Part shown: positions 1-10,752 of the stretch, one piece after another | Layout: the number at the start of each line of letters is the position of its first letter | Position numbering within the stretch: the first letter of the stretch is position 1 | Assembly: GCA_948467605.1 (NCBI GenBank) | Contig: CAOKET010000004.1 | Span: 7,799-71,798, forward strand | Reading direction: 5' to 3' | Length of the DNA stretch: 64,000 nucleotides | Origin: an uncultured Mycoplasmatota bacterium | GTDB taxonomy: Bacteria; Bacillota_I; Bacilli_A; RF39; UBA660 | Made by a program: the position numbers and the translations under genes | Notes under the pieces: generated by a model | Database searches by the model: none | The model's input: the letters and a program-made list of their open reading frames with translations, nothing else | Told to the model about the DNA's origin: nothing

Positions 1-1284
1 ATTAGTGATGATAAATTAGATAAAAAAGTATATGATTTTCTATTTGTAAGTGAAAATGATTATTACGATAAGTTTAATAATTTATATAAATATTTAGATT
101 TAATCAATTTAAGTGATGAAATATTAAAACAAAAAATTAATACATTATCTGGTGGTGAAAAAGTAAAAATTGGTATTTTGAAATTATTATTAAATGAATA
201 TGATGTTTTATTTTTAGATGAACCTACTAACGATTTGGATATTGAAGCATTGGAATGGTTAGAAGAGTTCATTAATACTACAGATAAACCAATTGTTTAT
301 GTTTCTCATGATGAGACACTACTTGCCAATACAGCCAATATGATTTTACATATAGAACAAATAACGAAAAAAACGGATTGTAGACATACATTATTAAAAA
401 TTGATTATGACACATATGTTGAACAAAGACTTAGAAGATTAGAACATCAAACTCAAATTGCAAAATCTGAAAAAAGAGAGTTTAATAAGCATCAAGAAAA
501 ATTACAAAGGATAATGCAAAAAGTTGAATATCAACAAAATACAATTTCAAGAAGTGATCCACATGGTGCAAAAGTTTTAAAAAAGAAAATGCATTCTTTA
601 AAATCACAAGAAAGAAAAATGAATAATATTAAATTAACTGAAATACCAGATGTGGAAGAAAGTATTAGTTTCTTTTTTGAAGATGTTGATATTCCAAGAA
701 CAAAGAACATAGTTAATTTAGATATAGAAAAATTAAAGGTGTCTGATAAAATTTTATGTAAAAATATAAAATTAGATGCAGTTGGTAATATGCATTTGTG
801 TATTATTGGTAAAAATGGTATAGGAAAATCAACATTAATAAAAATAATTTATAATGAGTTAAAATATAGAACTGACATTAAGGTTGGATATATGCCACAA
901 ACATATGATGATATTCTAAATAATTATGAATATGTGTTGGATTTTGTTTCTTCACAAGGCAATAAAGAGGAAATCATTCAAGCAAGACTACTTTTAGGTA
1001 ATATGAAATTTACTAAAGAAGAAATGATTGGAAAAATAAAAAATTTAAGTAATGGATCAAAGGCAAAGTTATTTCTTGTTAAATTAGTGTTAGATAAATG
1101 TAATGTTTTAATACTTGATGAACCTACAAGAAATGTTAGTCCTTTATCTAATCCAATTATTAGAAAAGTATTAAGTGAATATAATGGAACAATTATAAGT
1201 GTATCCCATGATCGAAAATATATTAATGAAGTAATAGATAATTTATATATTTTAACAACAGAAGGTTTATTAAAAGAAAAATGA
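1..1284 (+). CDS. ABC-F family ATP-binding protein, 5'-truncated by the window edge
   Basis: Frame 1 is open from base 1 (ISDDKLDK...TLSGGEKVKIGIL...LFLDEPTNDLD). Second NBD has GKNGIGKST, LSNGSKAK, LILDEPT and VSHDR. No TM segments. Confidence 0.9.
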   Translation: MSDDKLDKKVYDFLFVSENDYYDKFNNLYKYLDLINLSDEILKQKINTLSGGEKVKIGILKLLLNEYDVLFLDEPTNDLDIEALEWLEEFINTTDKPIVYVSHDETLLANTANMILHIEQITKKTDCRHTLLKIDYDTYVEQRLRRLEHQTQIAKSEKREFNKHQEKLQRIMQKVEYQQNTISRSDPHGAKVLKKKMHSLKSQERKMNNIKLTEIPDVEESISFFFEDVDIPRTKNIVNLDIEKLKVSDKILCKNIKLDAVGNMHLCIIGKNGIGKSTLIKIIYNELKYRTDIKVGYMPQTYDDILNNYEYVLDFVSSQGNKEEIIQARLLLGNMKFTKEEMIGKIKNLSNGSKAKLFLVKLVLDKCNVLILDEPTRNVSPLSNPIIRKVLSEYNGTIISVSHDRKYINEVIDNLYILTTEGLLKEK

Positions 1285-1443
1285 GTATGTGATTATAACA
1301 ACAAATTACAAGTCTATTGAGTAAATCATATTTAAGATTTTCTCTTTTTTTTAAGAAATAAATAGTAATTTACTAAATTAATAAGATAGTTGAAAATGTT
1401 GCATTTTTATGCTAACCTAATACTATATTAAGGAGAATTTTAT

Positions 1444-1701
1444 ATGAAAGAAAGAGTAGTAAAACCATTTACAATGTGGAAACATTTTAAAGGAACAAGA
1501 GCATTTGTAATTACAGTAGCAGAACACAGTGAAACAAGAGAAAAATTAGTTATTTATCGTTGTATGGATAATAATGGTAAGACAAATCATAAAGATGGTA
1601 TATATGCACGACCATTAGATATGTTTTTGTCTGAAGTAGATCATGGAAAATATCCAAGTGTTACTCAAAAATATCGCTTTGAAGAAATAAAAGAAGAGTA
1701 A
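1444..1701 (+). CDS. DUF1653-like small protein
   Basis: WKHFKG...AEHSET.EKLVIYR...YARPLDMFLSEVD..KYP...QKYRFE pattern; AGGAG RBS. Confidence 0.75.
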   Translation: MKERVVKPFTMWKHFKGTRAFVITVAEHSETREKLVIYRCMDNNGKTNHKDGIYARPLDMFLSEVDHGKYPSVTQKYRFEEIKEE

Positions 1702-1735
1702 AATTCAAATTACATTTTTGAAAGGGATATGTTTT

Positions 1736-2102
1736 ATGAAAAATAAACTGTTTGGAGTTTTATTATTAGAAATATTTGTTTTAGAATTAACAGGGTATAG
1801 TATTAGATATCCTGATTTAGAAAAAAATTAAATCAGTAATGCAAAATATTTATAGAGGTGGCTAATATCACACATTTTATAGTAATAAACAAATTTGCTA
1901 TGAAGTTATTAATCATGAATAATATATAAATAATCCTAAAAGATACCCTTATATAACACCTGAAGATTTTCAATTAGGAGAAGAAATAGAAAAAATTATA
2001 GTAACAAAAGTTATTTCTAAAAAAGAGTTTTCATTTATAGAAAAAGATAACATAATTTATAATGAAGATTACAAAAATAAGAAAGTAAAAACATTATCAT
2101 AG
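1736..2102 (+). pseudogene. Decayed gene, probably a secreted or lipoprotein ORF
   Basis: RBS AAAGGGA, then MKNKLFGVLLLEIFVLELTGY... stopping after 31 codons. Downstream a coding-like frame (CYEVINHE*YINNPKRYPYITPEDFQLGEE...KTLS*) has an internal TAA at 1920-1922. Confidence 0.4.
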
Positions 2103-2138
2103 AAAACATAATGTTATGAACTATAAAAAAATTATTTT

Positions 2139-2672
2139 ATGGAGTATAATAATTTTACAGACATTGAAAGTAAGATGAAATATATGAATAAACAAGAAAT
2201 ATATGATTATTTAAAAAGTAAAAATATATGGTATGAAATTACAGAACATAAAGCAGTTTATAATATGAAAGAATTATCTGAAATTGATATTCCTTATAAA
2301 GAAGCAGATGCCAAAAATCTTTTCATTCGAGATGATAAAAGAAAAAATTATTATCTTATAACTGTAAAAGGAGATAAAAGAGTTGATTTAAAAGAATTTA
2401 AAAATAAAAATAATACTAGGTCATTAACCTTTGTATCCCCTAATGATTTAGAAGAAATACTTAAATTAAAACCTGGCTCTGTAACTCCACTAGGATTGCT
2501 AAATGATGAGAATTTAAAAGTGCATTTTTATATTGATAAATATTTTATAAATGTTTCTAATATTATTGGAATACATCCAAACGATAATACCGCAACAGTA
2601 TGGGTACATACTAAAGATTTAATTGAGCTTATAAAAGAACATGGAAACCAAGTTACAATTATAGATATCTAA
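2139..2672 (+). CDS. YbaK/ProX-family aminoacyl-tRNA trans-editing protein
   Basis: KNLFIRDDK, GDKRVDLK, LKPGSVTPLGLLND, HPNDNTAT motifs. The true start may be a later ATG (MNKQEIY). Confidence 0.85.
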   Translation: MEYNNFTDIESKMKYMNKQEIYDYLKSKNIWYEITEHKAVYNMKELSEIDIPYKEADAKNLFIRDDKRKNYYLITVKGDKRVDLKEFKNKNNTRSLTFVSPNDLEEILKLKPGSVTPLGLLNDENLKVHFYIDKYFINVSNIIGIHPNDNTATVWVHTKDLIELIKEHGNQVTIIDI

Positions 2673-2689
2673 CAAATGAATTGTAACTT

Positions 2690-3016
2690 ATGGAGGTGAT
2701 AAATATAAATTATATATGGATTTGGCTTATTATACTTTTTTGCTGTATAATAATACCAAGAAGAAATAAATTATATTTTGAAATAATTAGAAGAAAAAAA
2801 GAAGGTAGAAAAAGAAAGATGCCAGAAGAATTAATGAAAGAATTTATAGGAAAAGTATGTGGAATAACCTTATTTAATGAATCTTTTGGAGTTACAGGAA
2901 AAATTGTATCAGTAGAAGGAAATTGGATAAAAGTTGAGGAAAAAGATACGATTAGAATAGTAAATGGTGATATGATAAGGGATATAAAAATAATGCCAGA
3001 TAAATATCAAAAATAA
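2690..3016 (+). CDS. Small membrane protein: N-terminal TM helix, basic linker, Sm/LSm-like beta domain (DUF6897-like)
   Basis: Hydrophobic [14 protein letters not shown], then [10 protein letters not shown] and a beta-rich C-terminus. Start codon uncertain. Confidence 0.5.
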   Translation: MEVININYIWIWLIILFCCIIIPRRNKLYFEIIRRKKEGRKRKMPEELMKEFIGKVCGITLFNESFGVTGKIVSVEGNWIKVEEKDTIRIVNGDMIRDIKIMPDKYQK

Positions 3017-3036
3017 TTAAAAATGGAGGAGTAAAA

Positions 3037-4446
3037 ATGGCAAAATATAAATGTAAATTGTGTGGGCATATTTATGATGAAGAAAAAGAAAAAGTTAAAT
3101 TTGCAGACCTGCCAGATGACTGGAAATGCCCAATGTGTTTTGCACCAAAAAATTTATTTGAATTAGTAGAAGAAAATGAAGTAGAAAATAATAATAAAGA
3201 AGTAGAAGAAAACAATAAACTAGAAAATTACTTAAGGGAATATAGTCGTAGTTCTGATGAAATAGAACAATCAATGGAAGATATACATACAATGTCAACA
3301 ACAGGCAAAAGTATTATTTCAGCAATGGGAACAAAGTTGCCTGTGATTAACTGGAATGATATTTTAATTTTGGGTGGGCAACTTAGTAAAATGCCTCTTT
3401 TTGAAGATGAAGAAGTTGAATTAAAAACAATAATTGGTAAAAATGCTAAGAAACCTATGATTTTAGAATCACCTGTATTTGTAACTCATATGTCTTTTGG
3501 AGCCTTATCAAAAGAAGCAAAAACTGCTTTAGCAATAGGAACTAAAAATGTAAAAACGGCAATATGTAGTGGTGAAGGTGGTATATTACCAGAAGAATTT
3601 GAGAACGCTTATCAATATATTTTTGAATATGTTCCAAATAAATACAGTGTTACTGATGAAAATCTAAAAAAGGTAAGCGCAATAGAAATAAAAATAGGCC
3701 AAGGAACTAAACCTGGTATGGGAGGACACTTGCCAGGTGAAAAAGTAACAGAAGAAATAGCAGAAATAAGAAATAAAAAAGTAGGAGAAGACATAATTAG
3801 TCCATCCAAATTTAAAGAAATTAAAACAAAGGAAGATTTGAAAAAATTAGTAGATCAATTAAGAGAAAAATCAGAAGGAAGACCAATTGGTATAAAATTA
3901 GCAGCAGGACATATAGAAGAAGACTTGGAATTTGCTTGCTATGCCAAACCAGATTTTATCACATTAGATGGTAGGGGTGGTTCAACAGGTGCTAGTCCAA
4001 AAATAATTAAAGATTCAACTACTATACCTACGATATTTGCACTTTATAGAGCAAGAAAATATTTGAATGAACATAAAGAAGATATTTCGCTTATTATTAC
4101 AGGTGGTCTAAGAACTTCAGGGGATTTTGCAAAAGCAATAGCGATGGGTGCAGATGCGATTGCTATTGGAAGTGCGGCAATGATGGCAATTGCTTGTCAA
4201 CAATATAGAATATGTAACAAAGGTATGTGTCCAGTTGGTATTGGAACACAGGATTTAGAATTAAGAAAAAGATTACATATTGAACAAAGCAGTAAACGAT
4301 TAGAAAATTATTTAAATGTAGTAAATGATGAGTTAAAAACTTTTGCCAGAATAACAGGAAATAATAATATTCACAATTTAAGTAATTATGACATTGTAAC
4401 AACAAATAGTGAAATTTCAAAAAATACAAATATTATCCATGTGTAA
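3037..4446 (+). CDS. Rubredoxin fused to an FMN-binding glutamate synthase (GltB-type) domain
   Basis: N-terminal CKLCG...WKCPMC rubredoxin. [43 protein letters not shown] and ITGGLR motifs, plus 3Fe-4S cysteines [12 protein letters not shown]. Confidence 0.9.
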   Translation: MAKYKCKLCGHIYDEEKEKVKFADLPDDWKCPMCFAPKNLFELVEENEVENNNKEVEENNKLENYLREYSRSSDEIEQSMEDIHTMSTTGKSIISAMGTKLPVINWNDILILGGQLSKMPLFEDEEVELKTIIGKNAKKPMILESPVFVTHMSFGALSKEAKTALAIGTKNVKTAICSGEGGILPEEFENAYQYIFEYVPNKYSVTDENLKKVSAIEIKIGQGTKPGMGGHLPGEKVTEEIAEIRNKKVGEDIISPSKFKEIKTKEDLKKLVDQLREKSEGRPIGIKLAAGHIEEDLEFACYAKPDFITLDGRGGSTGASPKIIKDSTTIPTIFALYRARKYLNEHKEDISLIITGGLRTSGDFAKAIAMGADAIAIGSAAMMAIACQQYRICNKGMCPVGIGTQDLELRKRLHIEQSSKRLENYLNVVNDELKTFARITGNNNIHNLSNYDIVTTNSEISKNTNIIHV

Positions 4447-4600
4447 AGTACAAAAAAACTATATATAATTATCTTGAAATTATTTTAATTTCAAGATTTT
4501 TTGTATAATAGGGAAATTATTTTAAGTTTTGCTTCATTAAGTAATACCTTATTATTATAATTTACGACTATATAAAATATATATTTAATAGGGTGGTATA

Positions 4601-5272
4601 ATGAATAAATATTCTTGTATTCTTATTTTGTTTTTAATTATATGTTTTATATTTTTTGGATTTTATAAAACAGCAGCAGTTAATAGTGAATTAGAGTTAA
4701 TAGGAAAGGTAATTTATATAGATGCTGGCCATGGAGGTACTGATCCGGGTGCTATGTATGGTAAAATTATTGAGTCTGATATAAATTTATCTATTGCTAA
4801 AAAGTTAAAGGATAGTCTTATAAGCAAAGGCGCTATTGTTTATATGACTCGTGAATATGATAATGATTTGTCATATCCAAATTCTACTTTAAGAAAAAGA
4901 AGTGATTTAATAAATAGAGCAAAAATGATTGATAAAACAAACTCTGATATGTATATTTCAATACATCTTAACGCTTCTCCTGACTCATCATGGAAAGGCG
5001 CACAAGTATTTTATGATGATGTAAATATTAAAAATAAGGAACTTGCTTTAGTTATACAAAAACAATTTAAAAAAGATCTAAAAACAACACGTGAAATAAA
5101 AGAGATAAAAGACCTGTATATGTATAAAAATACAAAGACACTAGGTGTATTAGTAGAAGTAGGGTTCCTTTCTAATGCCAATGAAAGATATTTACTACAA
5201 ACAGAAAAATATCAAGAAAAAATTTCTAAATCTTTAACAAACGCTATTGTCAATTACTATAAGGGTTTATAA
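4601..5272 (+). CDS. cwlD: N-acetylmuramoyl-L-alanine amidase (Amidase_3), CwlD-like spore cortex enzyme
   Basis: N-terminal TM, IDAGHGGTDPGA, DLINRA, SIHLNA..DSSWKGAQVFY, LVEVGFLSN.NERYLL. Position upstream of cdaA matches Bacillus. Confidence 0.75.
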   Translation: MNKYSCILILFLIICFIFFGFYKTAAVNSELELIGKVIYIDAGHGGTDPGAMYGKIIESDINLSIAKKLKDSLISKGAIVYMTREYDNDLSYPNSTLRKRSDLINRAKMIDKTNSDMYISIHLNASPDSSWKGAQVFYDDVNIKNKELALVIQKQFKKDLKTTREIKEIKDLYMYKNTKTLGVLVEVGFLSNANERYLLQTEKYQEKISKSLTNAIVNYYKGL

Positions 5273-5360
5273 CTTATACAGTTAAAATTAATAAAAAAAA
5301 TAATGCTTTTTTAACCTCCACATGTTATAATAGAATGGTAAAAGTATTTGGAGGTGTATC

Positions 5361-6215
5361 ATGAACTTAGATTTAGTTTTTGATATTATAAAAAAATTAG
5401 TAGATGTAAGTTTAGTATGGCTATTTTTCTACTATATACTTAAAAGTTTAAGAAATAATGTAAAAATGGTACTTTTATTTAAAGGTATTGCTTTCATTAT
5501 AATAATAAAGATATTTAGTGATATATTAGGTCTTAGTACAATTGGATCTTTACTTGAGTATGTAATAATGTGGGGACCACTTGCACTTATAATAATATTT
5601 CAACCAGAAATCAGAAATGTGCTTGAACAACTAGGAAGAAGCCAATTATTAGGTAGACATAAAATCCTTACAATGGATGAACGTGAAAAACTAGTATATG
5701 AGATTATTCAATCAATTGAATACTTGAAAAAATCTAGAATAGGTGCACTTATGGTTATTGAAAGAGATGTAAGTTTAAATGATTACATTGAAAGAAGTAG
5801 AAAAATATATGCTGATATCTCAAGTGAGCTTCTTATATCTATATTTTTTCCGAATAACCCACTTCACGATGGTGGTGTAATTATACAAGGTGATAAAATA
5901 ACTAGCGCATGTGCAGTATTCCCAACAAGTGGTAATATGAAAATAAGTCGTAGATTGGGTACTAGACATAGAGCAGGTCTTGGTATCAGTGAAGAATCAG
6001 ATGCAATAGCAATTATCGTATCCGAAGAAACAGGACGAGTATCCATTGCCATAAATGGAGAACTTAGTTATAATCTTTCTATTGATGATGCTAGAATGTT
6101 ACTTATTGAAGAATTAAGTCCTAAGAAAGACATATTTGAAGAAGATATGTATATGGCAGAAGGAACTGGGGAATTAGAAGAAAAGGAAGATAGTAATAAT
6201 GAAAAAAATATTTAG
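5361..6215 (+). CDS. cdaA: Diadenylate cyclase CdaA
   Basis: Three N-terminal TM helices, IFQPEIR, PLHDGGVII and GTRHRAG catalytic motifs. Confidence 0.95.
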   Translation: MNLDLVFDIIKKLVDVSLVWLFFYYILKSLRNNVKMVLLFKGIAFIIIIKIFSDILGLSTIGSLLEYVIMWGPLALIIIFQPEIRNVLEQLGRSQLLGRHKILTMDEREKLVYEIIQSIEYLKKSRIGALMVIERDVSLNDYIERSRKIYADISSELLISIFFPNNPLHDGGVIIQGDKITSACAVFPTSGNMKISRRLGTRHRAGLGISEESDAIAIIVSEETGRVSIAINGELSYNLSIDDARMLLIEELSPKKDIFEEDMYMAEGTGELEEKEDSNNEKNI

Positions 6216-7548
6216 AGCAATTGGAAATTTTTTCCTAACTATATTTAAATTTATTGATCGTAAAATAGTAACCCCGATAACAAAAAAGATTTTATGGTTA
6301 TATGATAAAATATCTAGTAATAGCAAGATAGTAGAGCGTTGGCTTACTAAAAAGACAACATTGGTATTTATATCTCTTGTAATAGCGTTAATATTCTTCT
6401 TTGTTGTAGACATTAAATCCACATCATTAGTAGGAACAACATCAGAATTTTTATCAAAACAAAAAGTAACAACTATTTATAATGAAGAGGCTTATGTGGT
6501 TGAAGGATTACCAGAAACGGCAGATATTACATTAATAGGAAGAAGTTCAGACCTTTATTTAGCAAAACAACTTAATGTTAATGAAATTACACTAGATTTA
6601 ACTGGACTTACTCCAGGTACACATACTGTACCATTAAAATATACACAATCGTTATCTTCAATAACATATAGACTAGATCCATCAAATGCAACAGTTGTTA
6701 TATATCCAAAAGTATCTGAAACTAGAACAATTTCTTATGATGTTCTTAATGCAGATAAAATAGATACAAAGTTATATGTTGATAGTGTAACTTTAGACAA
6801 AGATGAAGTCATAATAAAAAGTAATGAAGAAACCTTAAAAAAAGTAGCAATTGTAAAAGCATTAGTTGATTTAGATAAAATTACTGCAAAAGTTGGTGAT
6901 ATAACATTAGAGAATATACCATTAGTCGCATATGATAAAGACGGAAAAGTTGTAGATGTAGAAATAGTTCCTGGAAAGGTAAATGCAACAATAAAAATAG
7001 TTTCACCAAGTAAAACTGTAAAAGTAGAACTTATACCTGATGGTAGCGTTAATGATAAATATGCAATATACTCTATGACATCATCTGTTGACAATGTTAC
7101 TATTTATGGAACAGAAGAAACTTTATCAAAAATAAATTCAATCGCTGTTTATGTACCAGTTGCTGGTCTAGAGAGTGATAAAGAGTTTATAGTAAGTATT
7201 AAAAAACCAGCGGGCGTTAGATATATAAGTCAAAGTAATGCTACTGTTAATGTTAAACTTGATACAGGTATTACAACAGACATAAAAGGTATTAAAATAT
7301 CTCCTATTAACTTGGCTAGTGGTTTAAAAGTACAAGGAGTATCAGAATCAGATACAGTTACAGATGTAATCATAAGAGGTGTTAAATCAGTTACAGAAAC
7401 TATTAAAGCATCTGACATTCAAGCAAATATAGACTTATCAGGCTATGATGTTGGAGAACATGAAGTTGATGTAGTTGTCTCAGGAAATGATACAAGAGTT
7501 TCATATACAGCAAGAACAAAAAAAGTAAAAGTAAGAATAACAAGATAG
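6199..7548 (+). CDS. cdaR: CdaR/YbbR-repeat regulator of CdaA
   Basis: Overlaps cdaA; single TM followed by beta-rich YbbR-like repeats. Confidence 0.85.
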   Translation: MKKIFRAIGNFFLTIFKFIDRKIVTPITKKILWLYDKISSNSKIVERWLTKKTTLVFISLVIALIFFFVVDIKSTSLVGTTSEFLSKQKVTTIYNEEAYVVEGLPETADITLIGRSSDLYLAKQLNVNEITLDLTGLTPGTHTVPLKYTQSLSSITYRLDPSNATVVIYPKVSETRTISYDVLNADKIDTKLYVDSVTLDKDEVIIKSNEETLKKVAIVKALVDLDKITAKVGDITLENIPLVAYDKDGKVVDVEIVPGKVNATIKIVSPSKTVKVELIPDGSVNDKYAIYSMTSSVDNVTIYGTEETLSKINSIAVYVPVAGLESDKEFIVSIKKPAGVRYISQSNATVNVKLDTGITTDIKGIKISPINLASGLKVQGVSESDTVTDVIIRGVKSVTETIKASDIQANIDLSGYDVGEHEVDVVVSGNDTRVSYTARTKKVKVRITR

Positions 7549-7550
7549 AT

Positions 7551-7587
7551 AAAAAAATCTTTCCCCTTTATTAGGAAAGATTTTTTA
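7551..7587. terminator. Bidirectional intrinsic terminator
   Basis: AAAAAATCTTTCC-cctttatta-GGAAAGATTTTTT between convergent genes. Confidence 0.8.
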
Positions 7588-7589
7588 TA

Positions 7590-7790
7590 TTAATCAAATT
7601 CAAAATGTCTAAACAATAAACCTATTGATACTAGTCCAGCGATTGCAATTATAACGTACACAACATTAGAGATTATAGAGTCTATACCAAATATTGCAGT
7701 TACAAGATTGAAATCAAATAGACCTACTAAACCCCAGTTTAATGCTCCAATTATTATTAATGCTAAACATATCTTATAAAGCGTTTCCAT
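7590..7790 (-). CDS. DUF378 (YuzA-like) small membrane protein
   Basis: LIIIGALNWGLVGLFDFNLV..IFG...VY..I.IAGL signature. Confidence 0.85.
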   Translation of the reverse strand: METLYKICLALIIIGALNWGLVGLFDFNLVTAIFGIDSIISNVVYVIIAIAGLVSIGLLFRHFEFD

Positions 7791-7909
7791 AAATATCCTC
7801 CTTTAATATTATTACACTATATATAATTTACCAAATTTTTATTTTTATTCACGAATATTTAATAATTATATTAATATAATTTAATTGAAAATAAATAATG
7901 GGGTGAAAA

Positions 7910-8908
7910 ATGAAAAAAGTATTAATATTAAGTATGCTGTTATGTACGATGTTTGTTTTGGGATGTTCAAAAAACACCTCAAAATCAGTTTTAAGTAATT
8001 TTGAAAAAAAGGTTAGTAAAGCAAATAGTTACACTTTATCTGGAATACTAGAAATAATAAATAATGAAGATAGTTATAAATATGATGTAAACGTATCATA
8101 TAAAGAAAATGATATGTATAGAGTTAGTTTAAAGAATCAAGCAAATGATCATGAACAACTTATTTTAAAAAATGAAGAAGGAGTATATGTATTAACACCA
8201 TCTTTAAATAAAAGTTTTAAATTTCAAAGTGAATGGCCAAATAACAATTCTCAAACATATTTATTAGCGTCTTTATTAGATGATATAACTAATGATAACA
8301 AAAGAACTTTTGAGGAAAAAAATGGTGAATATATCTATACTTCAACAGTAAACTATCCTAATAATAGAAAATTAGTAAATCAAAAAGTATATTTTAATAG
8401 TGATAACCTACCAACAAAGGTAGAAGTAATGGACTCTAATGGAATAGTAATGGTAAGAATGAATTTTTCTAGTATAGATATAAATTCAAACATTGATAAT
8501 AAAATATTTACTTTAAATGATAATATGAATGTAAATCCAAATACAAACACTACTATTTCCAATAAAATAGATTCAATTGTATATCCAGTATTCATGCCAG
8601 AAAATACTTATCTTTCAAGCAAAGATGTAGTTGCTAAATCAAATGGCGAAAGAGTAATATTGACATTCTCTGGAGATAATCCATTTATTCTAGTAGAAGA
8701 AACTGCAACAATAGAAGACGAATTTTCTGTTATACCTATGTATGGAGAACCAGATATTCTTATTGATACAGTAGGTGCAATATCTGATAGTTCAGTTACA
8801 TGGGTTAGCAATGGAGTAGAATACTATTTAGCATCTGATGTTATGAGTAGTGCTACATTATTAGAAGTTGCCAAATCATTAAGTGTATTACCTGTAAGTG
8901 GAAAATAG
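7910..8908 (+). CDS. LolA-like lipoprotein (YdcC-like)
   Basis: Lipobox VLGC; EQLILKNEEGVYVLTPSLNKSFKFQSEWP.NNSQTYL resembles B. subtilis YdcC. Confidence 0.75.
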   Translation: MKKVLILSMLLCTMFVLGCSKNTSKSVLSNFEKKVSKANSYTLSGILEIINNEDSYKYDVNVSYKENDMYRVSLKNQANDHEQLILKNEEGVYVLTPSLNKSFKFQSEWPNNNSQTYLLASLLDDITNDNKRTFEEKNGEYIYTSTVNYPNNRKLVNQKVYFNSDNLPTKVEVMDSNGIVMVRMNFSSIDINSNIDNKIFTLNDNMNVNPNTNTTISNKIDSIVYPVFMPENTYLSSKDVVAKSNGERVILTFSGDNPFILVEETATIEDEFSVIPMYGEPDILIDTVGAISDSSVTWVSNGVEYYLASDVMSSATLLEVAKSLSVLPVSGK

Positions 8909-8965
8909 AGAAAAATCTATTTTCTTTTTTTTATATATGTGATAAAATCTAATCAGGTGGTAATA

Positions 8966-9469
8966 ATGTCTAACATGAGAAAAACTATAGTAAAAAATAG
9001 AAATAGCATTGATAACAATATAAATTCAAACAATTCTAACACAGTTAAAATTACTTTAATTGTAGGACTAATAATGATATTATTAGCATATGGAACTTCG
9101 GCTTTAATATACCATTTTACTAAACAACCATCTACTATTACTGATGTAAAACAGTATAATATAAATTCATCTTTAGTATTTGATATGGAAGAAGATGAAT
9201 ATTATGTGTTATTCTATGACAAAACTGGAACAGATGCGATAGTATTAAATGCACTAGCAGATAGATATAGAAAGTCAAATAAAAAAACACTATATACAGT
9301 AGATTTAAGTAAAGAGTATAACAAATCAATAATAAGTGATACACCAAACCAAAAAGCATCAAATAGCCAAGAACTAAAAATATCAAGTTCTACACTTTTA
9401 AAAATAAAAGATGGTAAGAATAATGGATACTATGAAAATGTATTGTTAATAGAAAGTGAATTGAATTAA
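8966..9469 (+). CDS. Membrane-anchored protein with a probable degenerate thioredoxin-like fold (no CxxC)
   Basis: TM helix, then YYVLFYD...LYTVDLS...STLLKIKDGK. ATG at 8966 follows an AGGTGG RBS. Confidence 0.5.
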   Translation: MSNMRKTIVKNRNSIDNNINSNNSNTVKITLIVGLIMILLAYGTSALIYHFTKQPSTITDVKQYNINSSLVFDMEEDEYYVLFYDKTGTDAIVLNALADRYRKSNKKTLYTVDLSKEYNKSIISDTPNQKASNSQELKISSSTLLKIKDGKNNGYYENVLLIESELN

Positions 9470-9483
9470 TTGGAGGACTTAAG

Positions 9484-10212
9484 ATGAAAGAAGAAATAAA
9501 AACAACAAAAACTAAATTAAAAAACACTAAACCAAAAACTAGCAGTGCAAAAAAGAAAACAACTACAAAAACAAATACTGCAAAAACAACAAAAACTACA
9601 CCAAAAAGTAGTACAGCAGCAAAACGACAAACAACTGCAAAAGTAAGTATGCCAAAGAAAGAAAAAAGTGATATAGAAGTTAAAACTACTAACAGTAAAA
9701 AAACTGATGATAATGTAAAATCAAGCAATAAAACTAATAATACAAATGAAACTTTAAGAATGATAATTGTAGGAGCAATTTTATTAGTTTTAGTTGGTAT
9801 TACATTTATAATAGGAATTACTAGAAATATTAATAAATCTAGATATCAAAAACATACTGGAATTAACCAAATATCAGTATCAGAATATATGAAAATAATT
9901 AATGAACAAGATACTAGTTTAATATATATAGCGCGTCCTACTTGTAGTTATTGCCAAATGTTTGAACCAGTATTAACAAGTGTATTAGAAAAATATAAAA
10001 TAGGTGTTGAATATATAGATATATCAGCAATTTCAGCACAAGAAGAGTGGGATAAATTCTATAATTCAAACGAATTCTTATCAAGTGGTGAATGGGGAAC
10101 ACCAACATTATTAATATATAAAGATAAAAAAATACTTGATATAAATTCTGGATATGTTGAAGAAGAAGATTTAGTTAAATTCTTAAAAGAGAATAAGTTA
10201 ATAGGTGACTAA
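9484..10212 (+). CDS. Membrane-anchored thioredoxin-fold protein with a Lys/Thr-rich N-terminal tail
   Basis: About 80-aa K/T low-complexity N-terminus, TM helix, RPTCSYC (CxxC), GTPTLLIYKD. Confidence 0.8.
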   Translation: MKEEIKTTKTKLKNTKPKTSSAKKKTTTKTNTAKTTKTTPKSSTAAKRQTTAKVSMPKKEKSDIEVKTTNSKKTDDNVKSSNKTNNTNETLRMIIVGAILLVLVGITFIIGITRNINKSRYQKHTGINQISVSEYMKIINEQDTSLIYIARPTCSYCQMFEPVLTSVLEKYKIGVEYIDISAISAQEEWDKFYNSNEFLSSGEWGTPTLLIYKDKKILDINSGYVEEEDLVKFLKENKLIGD

Positions 10213-10664
10213 TGAGTAAGGTTTATGAGTTTGCTTCTAAATTTAAAAAAAAGTACCCATCTACAGTTGCTTGGAGAATAAAAAGCCATAGTAAAGTTAT
10301 AGAAAGATTTTTAAATCCTAATGAAGAAGTTATATATGCTTTTTGTGGTCAAAAAAACGATAATAATTTAGATTTATTTTCAACCTATGTAGTAGCACTT
10401 ACTAATAAACGTATTTTACTAGCACAAAAACGTGTATTATGGGGATATAGTTATTATACTATAACTCCAGATATGTATAATGATATGCAAGTTTTTGGAA
10501 GCATGATATGGGGAAAAATATATATAGATACAGTAAAAGAATTAGTAATTGTATCTAATATTTCTAAACGAGGATTAAGTGAAGTAGAAACTGTAATATC
10601 AGAATATATGATGAAAATGAAGAAAAGATTTGTTACAAAGAAACAAGAAGATATTAAAGAATAA
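10212..10664 (+). CDS. Bacterial PH-domain protein
   Basis: LNPNEEVIYAFCGQKN...VVALTNKRILLAQKR pattern. Confidence 0.7.
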   Translation: MSKVYEFASKFKKKYPSTVAWRIKSHSKVIERFLNPNEEVIYAFCGQKNDNNLDLFSTYVVALTNKRILLAQKRVLWGYSYYTITPDMYNDMQVFGSMIWGKIYIDTVKELVIVSNISKRGLSEVETVISEYMMKMKKRFVTKKQEDIKE

Positions 10665-10752
10665 TAATATCTTCTTTTTGTTATATTTGATTTACAAAAA
10701 AGCAATATTATAATATAATAAATGAAAATTTTCGTAGGAATGGGTGTTTTAA

